Shown: piece after piece, positions 61,113 to 64,000 of the stretch
Layout of the letters: each line of letters begins with the position of its first letter
Position numbering within the stretch: position 1 is the first letter of the stretch
Assembly (NCBI GenBank): GCA_010356995.1
Contig: ML996687.1
Coordinates: 1,675,803-1,739,802, forward strand
Length of the DNA stretch: 64,000 nucleotides
Direction: 5' to 3'
Source of the DNA: Trichodelitschia bisporula
Lineage: Eukaryota
Notes under the pieces: generated by a model
Databases searched by the model: none
Told to the model about the DNA's origin: nothing
What the model saw: only the letters and a program-made list of their open reading frames with translations
Program-made: the position numbers and the translations under genes

Positions 61113-64000
61113 ATGTCTTCTCCAGTCACCACACCTCAGCCGCATAATTCTAGGTCGCGAGGCCGTGGACGTGGCGGCCGTAATCGGCCTATGGGTGCTA
61201 GACAGCATGAACCAGCGACGGACGATCCTCCAGATGGAGCAGAGGCTTATCGACAAGCTGCTGGGTCAACCCGTGGAGATCATAGTGCGACTCGCGCTCG
61301 CCGCGGCCAACAACCCCCTCGCGGTCCGGCCGCCGCCTCTGTGCAATCCGCTGCCGAGTCGACGGGAAGCACTTCGGGTACAGCCCCGCAAGCAGACAAT
61401 ACTCCACGTGGTGGGCGTGGGAACCGCCGCGCAAGAGGCAATGCAGGACGTCAAACTGCCCATGCGCCGAGGATGACCGCCCATGGCAGGCAGTTTGGCG
61501 GTCAACTCACTGGGCCGGATCATGAGTCTCACCCATCGGCTTCGGCTGCTGGTGGGCAACTACAAGCAGAGGCACCAGTTTTCGTCCCGGGACAAAACGC
61601 TGCTGCGTCCGGCAGAGGACGCAACGCGCCAAATTCAGCACAACCCAAGAAGCCGAGGCCGCCGAAGTCCAATGCTCCCGATATTGCTACGCGGACCCAT
61701 GAGGACATCGACAACGGTCACTACGAATGTGCTGTATGCACTAACGAAATATTCCGGAACTCCAAGATCTGGTCCTGTAAACTTTGCTGGGCCGTCTTCC
61801 ATTTGACCTGCGTCAAGAAATGGTCAAGTACCTTCGCATCTGCAATGACGCAGCAACAGCTCGAGAATGGGGAGGGCCCTCCATCTCCACAGTGGCGGTG
61901 TCCCGGCTGTAACCTCCCGCAAGACACAGTGCCGTCATCGTTTACATGTTGGTGTGGGAAAGAGATGGATGTCAAATCCTCGGTTGGTCTTCCGCCCTTC
62001 TCTTGCGGACAGACTTGCTCGCGTCCCCATGCCATGCCAAAGGGATGCCCACACCCGTGCGGCCTGATGTGCCATGCTGGGCCATGTCCTCCCTGCCAGC
62101 AGATGGCGCCGAAGAAGAGCTGCTTCTGTGGACGAGAAACGACGACCAAACGATGCGTCGACACTGACTATGAACATGGCTGGAGCTGCGGCCAGGTGTG
62201 CCGTCAGCCTATGGCGTGCGGAGAGCACGTTTGCACTCGACCCTGCCATGAAGGGGCCTGCGGCGCTTGTGAGGTCCAAATCGACGCCCGGTGCTATTGC
62301 GGGCAAGTAGAAAAGCCTCTGCTTTGCTGCGATAGAGCGGATGAGAAGACGAGCCAGCGACCTCTCCAATTCGAAGACGGGGAAATGATTACTGAAACAT
62401 GGACTGGCCTTTTCGAGTGCGGCAGAACCTGCGACAGGCTCTTCGATTGCGGCAAGCACCGTTGTCAAGAGCCTTGCCACGTTCATGATTCTCCTGTTCC
62501 GCACTGTCCTCAATCTCCTGACGTCATCACAACATGCTCCTGCGGGAAGACTGCCTTATCGGACCTCCTGGCGGAGCCACGCAAGTCATGCGAGGACGAC
62601 ATTCCCGCTTGCAAGAAGCCCTGCTCAAAACCGCTCGAGTGCGGCCACTTCTGCAAGTTAGCCTGCCATACTGGGGATTGCCTGCCGTGCTCGGAAATGA
62701 CATCTATTTCCTGTCGCTGCGGGCGCATCATAGTCGACACCCTATGCCACCATGGACGCATTGAACCTCCGCACTGTATGAAAGTATGCCGAGTTGTACT
62801 GAACTGCGGTCGGCATGACTGCGGCGAGCACTGCTGTCCTGGAGAACGCAAGGCTGTCGAGCGACAAGCAGCCACGGCAGCCAAGCGCAAACAACCGCTT
62901 CTTGGTGCCGGTTTTGTATCGCTGCTGCGTGACAGGTTTGAGGCAGAGCACATATGTACTCGCATATGTGGGCGAATGCTCAAGTGCGGGAATCATACTT
63001 GTCCAGCGCTTTGTCACAAGGGACCTTGCGGCAACTGTCGGGAGGCCATCTTCGAAGAAATCTATTGTCATTGCGGAAAGACTGTGCTTCAGCCCCCCTT
63101 ACCATGTGGTACCCAACCTCCGCAGTGCCACCACCCGTGTGAGAGGCCGAAGGTCTGCGGACATCCTCAGGTGGCCCACAACTGCCATCTCGACAATGAA
63201 TCTTGTCCGAAATGTCCCTTCCTTACAACCAAGCCATGCCTTTGCGGGAAGAACCAGCTCAAGAACCAACCCTGCTGGCTTCAAGAGACGCGCTGTGGTT
63301 CCATATGCGGGCGGAAGCTCAAATGCGGTTTCCATGTTTGCCGGAAGCAATGCCACCGGCCTGGTGAATGCGAAGACACCGGCACTCATTGTACACAACT
63401 GTGTGGCAAGGAGAAATCTTGTGGGCATGCATGTGCAGACATCTGCCACTCTCCATTCGCTTGTAAAGAGGACAAGCCCTGTCAACACAAGACCTACATC
63501 ACTTGCAGCTGCCAGCGAATCAAGCAGGAGACCAAGTGCAATGCAACCAAGAACACTGAAGGCAACACCACAAAGAGCCTCAAATGCGATGACGAGTGTG
63601 CTCGTCTCGAGCGTAACCGCAAGCTCGCTCTTGCCTTCAACATCGACCCGGAAACGCACAAGGATGATCATATTCCATACCAGCCAGAAACGTTGAAGGC
63701 GTACCTCGCGAACACTGCCTGGGCGCAAGCACAGGAAAAGGAGCTTCGTGCGTTTGCTATTGACCCGGATCAGAAGCGTCTCCGTTTTAAGCCGATGAAG
63801 CCAGAACAACGCAAGTTCTTGCACTACCTGGCTGAGGATTTTGGATTTGACGCGGAGAGCATGGACCCGGAGCCCCACCGCCACATAGTGGTTTTCAAGA
63901 CCCCGCGCTTCGTCATGGCTCCAATGAAGACACTTGCGGAGTGCGCGCGGATTCGGCTAACCCAGCGCACACTGGCTGCCACGACCAGTGTGAACGCCGC
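61113..64000 (+). CDS. FAP1: NF-X1-type zinc-finger protein with R3H domain (Fap1/NFX1/shuttle craft), 3' end outside the window
   Basis: Open frame from ATG 61113 (absent from the ORF track because it has no stop in the window). RING/PHD YECAVC..WSCKLCWAVFHLTC..WRCPGC, repeated CGxHxCxxxCHxGxC units and R3H-like FKPMKPEQRKFLHYLAEDFG. Confidence 0.93.
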   Translation, partial: MSSPVTTPQPHNSRSRGRGRGGRNRPMGARQHEPATDDPPDGAEAYRQAAGSTRGDHSATRARRGQQPPRGPAAASVQSAAESTGSTSGTAPQADNTPRGGRGNRRARGNAGRQTAHAPRMTAHGRQFGGQLTGPDHESHPSASAAGGQLQAEAPVFVPGQNAAASGRGRNAPNSAQPKKPRPPKSNAPDIATRTHEDIDNGHYECAVCTNEIFRNSKIWSCKLCWAVFHLTCVKKWSSTFASAMTQQQLENGEGPPSPQWRCPGCNLPQDTVPSSFTCWCGKEMDVKSSVGLPPFSCGQTCSRPHAMPKGCPHPCGLMCHAGPCPPCQQMAPKKSCFCGRETTTKRCVDTDYEHGWSCGQVCRQPMACGEHVCTRPCHEGACGACEVQIDARCYCGQVEKPLLCCDRADEKTSQRPLQFEDGEMITETWTGLFECGRTCDRLFDCGKHRCQEPCHVHDSPVPHCPQSPDVITTCSCGKTALSDLLAEPRKSCEDDIPACKKPCSKPLECGHFCKLACHTGDCLPCSEMTSISCRCGRIIVDTLCHHGRIEPPHCMKVCRVVLNCGRHDCGEHCCPGERKAVERQAATAAKRKQPLLGAGFVSLLRDRFEAEHICTRICGRMLKCGNHTCPALCHKGPCGNCREAIFEEIYCHCGKTVLQPPLPCGTQPPQCHHPCERPKVCGHPQVAHNCHLDNESCPKCPFLTTKPCLCGKNQLKNQPCWLQETRCGSICGRKLKCGFHVCRKQCHRPGECEDTGTHCTQLCGKEKSCGHACADICHSPFACKEDKPCQHKTYITCSCQRIKQETKCNATKNTEGNTTKSLKCDDECARLERNRKLALAFNIDPETHKDDHIPYQPETLKAYLANTAWAQAQEKELRAFAIDPDQKRLRFKPMKPEQRKFLHYLAEDFGFDAESMDPEPHRHIVVFKTPRFVMAPMKTLAECARIRLTQRTLAATTSVNA

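Noticed and set aside
62815..63884. ORFs of 293 aa (+) and 261 aa (-)
   Set aside because: Off-frame and antisense shadows of the NFX1/FAP1 reading frame.

Overview
Gene-dense, intron-containing genomic DNA of a filamentous ascomycete (Pezizomycotina; short ~50-nt GT-AG introns with CTAAC/CTGAC branch sites), with one assembly gap. From ~15.6 kb onward it is mostly housekeeping genes: a Hol1-type MFS transporter, GAP1-type amino acid permease, Ap4A phosphorylase, INSIG/NSG, SFK1, PEX10, a CAMK-group kinase, a HAM-8-like membrane protein, SVP26, BUD23, CDC6, gamma-glutamyl transpeptidase, a TNA1-type MFS transporter, PRP39, BIG1 and an NFX1/FAP1 gene that runs off the right end. The first ~15 kb looks accessory. 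It holds a WRN/EXD2-type exonuclease and a tandem, co-oriented trio of highly diverged, intronless Cys-rich 'double zinc-ribbon' paralogues. The most notable signals are: (1) that trio; (2) a secreted 6-exon protein, fragmented in the ORF track, whose HH...HxH...M pattern matches PHM/DBH-type copper monooxygenases, with one putative copper ligand on a 10-nt micro-exon; (3) an unusually long PRP39 intron containing an alternative acceptor, an in-frame stop and hairpins, consistent with a poison-exon feedback switch; (4) sense-strand poly-C tracts upstream of several genes and a C-to-G gradient along genes. Gene models were built by hand from splice signals. No searches were run.
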